Source: Abditibacteriaceae bacterium (GTDB lineage: Bacteria > Armatimonadota > Abditibacteriia > Abditibacteriales > Abditibacteriaceae). Taken from it: a stretch of 14,534 nucleotides of DNA. The notes beneath the pieces are model-generated. The model ran no database searches, was not told the origin of the DNA, and was given only the letters and a program-made list of their open reading frames with translations. The stretch spans positions 1 to 14,534 of the forward strand of contig JANPJS010000218.1 of NCBI GenBank assembly GCA_031425655.1. The letters run 5' to 3'. A program made the position numbers and the translations under genes. Of the stretch, positions 14,474 through 14,534 are shown piece after piece (the stretch's first letter is position 1; the number at the start of each line of letters is the position of its first letter).

Positions 14474-14534
14474 GTCATCCTGAGCTTGCGATGGATCTCG
14501 GCGTAACGGAATCCAAAACGCCGAGATCCTTCGC
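14474..14534. repeat. REP-like inverted repeat of the same class as 78-207, cut by the window end
   Basis: GTCATCCTGAGCTTGCGATGGATCTCGGCGT...ACGCCGAGATCCTTCGC. The visible arms pair over 17 bp with 1 mismatch. It shares GTCATYCTGAG and GRATCTCGGC with the left arm and its flank at 78-121. Confidence 0.78.

Noticed and set aside
1..14534. Integron integrase, transposase, tRNA/rRNA or cas genes
   Set aside because: No tyrosine-recombinase, DDE or HUH motifs were recognised in any listed ORF, and no structural RNA gene was recognised.

Overview
GC-rich bacterial chromosomal window. Gene content and codon style suggest an Armatimonadota/Abditibacteriota- or PVC-like organism (inference only). 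From left to right: (1) a 230-bp MITE (31-bp TIRs, 7-bp target duplication ATGCGAC) carrying a perfect 41-bp REP-like inverted repeat, inserted at the start codon of a decayed DUF4139/DUF4140-type gene; (2) a secreted 14-repeat WD40 protein; (3) a membrane protein with the three presenilin/signal-peptide-peptidase motifs (xD, GxGD, PAL); (4) a DUF861 cupin; (5) an integrase-less integron cassette array (three attC sites, two complete cassettes). One cassette carries a stand-alone Cap12/Pycsar-type TIR protein with a likely promoter. The other carries a Gdx/SugE guanidinium exporter with its guanidine-II riboswitch. The array ends 1 nt from the stop codon of (6) a convergent PSCyt/DUF1549/DUF1553 plus DUF1501 operon. 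Further right are (7) a secreted hypothetical protein, (8) a second TIR-bounded element full of REP hairpins, (9) a multidomain GH20 hexosaminidase-like protein and (10) another REP-like palindrome cut by the window edge. The most notable items are the TIR and riboswitch-gdx cassette array, the bacterial presenilin-like protease, and the recurring pattern of REP palindromes nested inside MITE-like ends. All family assignments come from motif recognition, not database searches.
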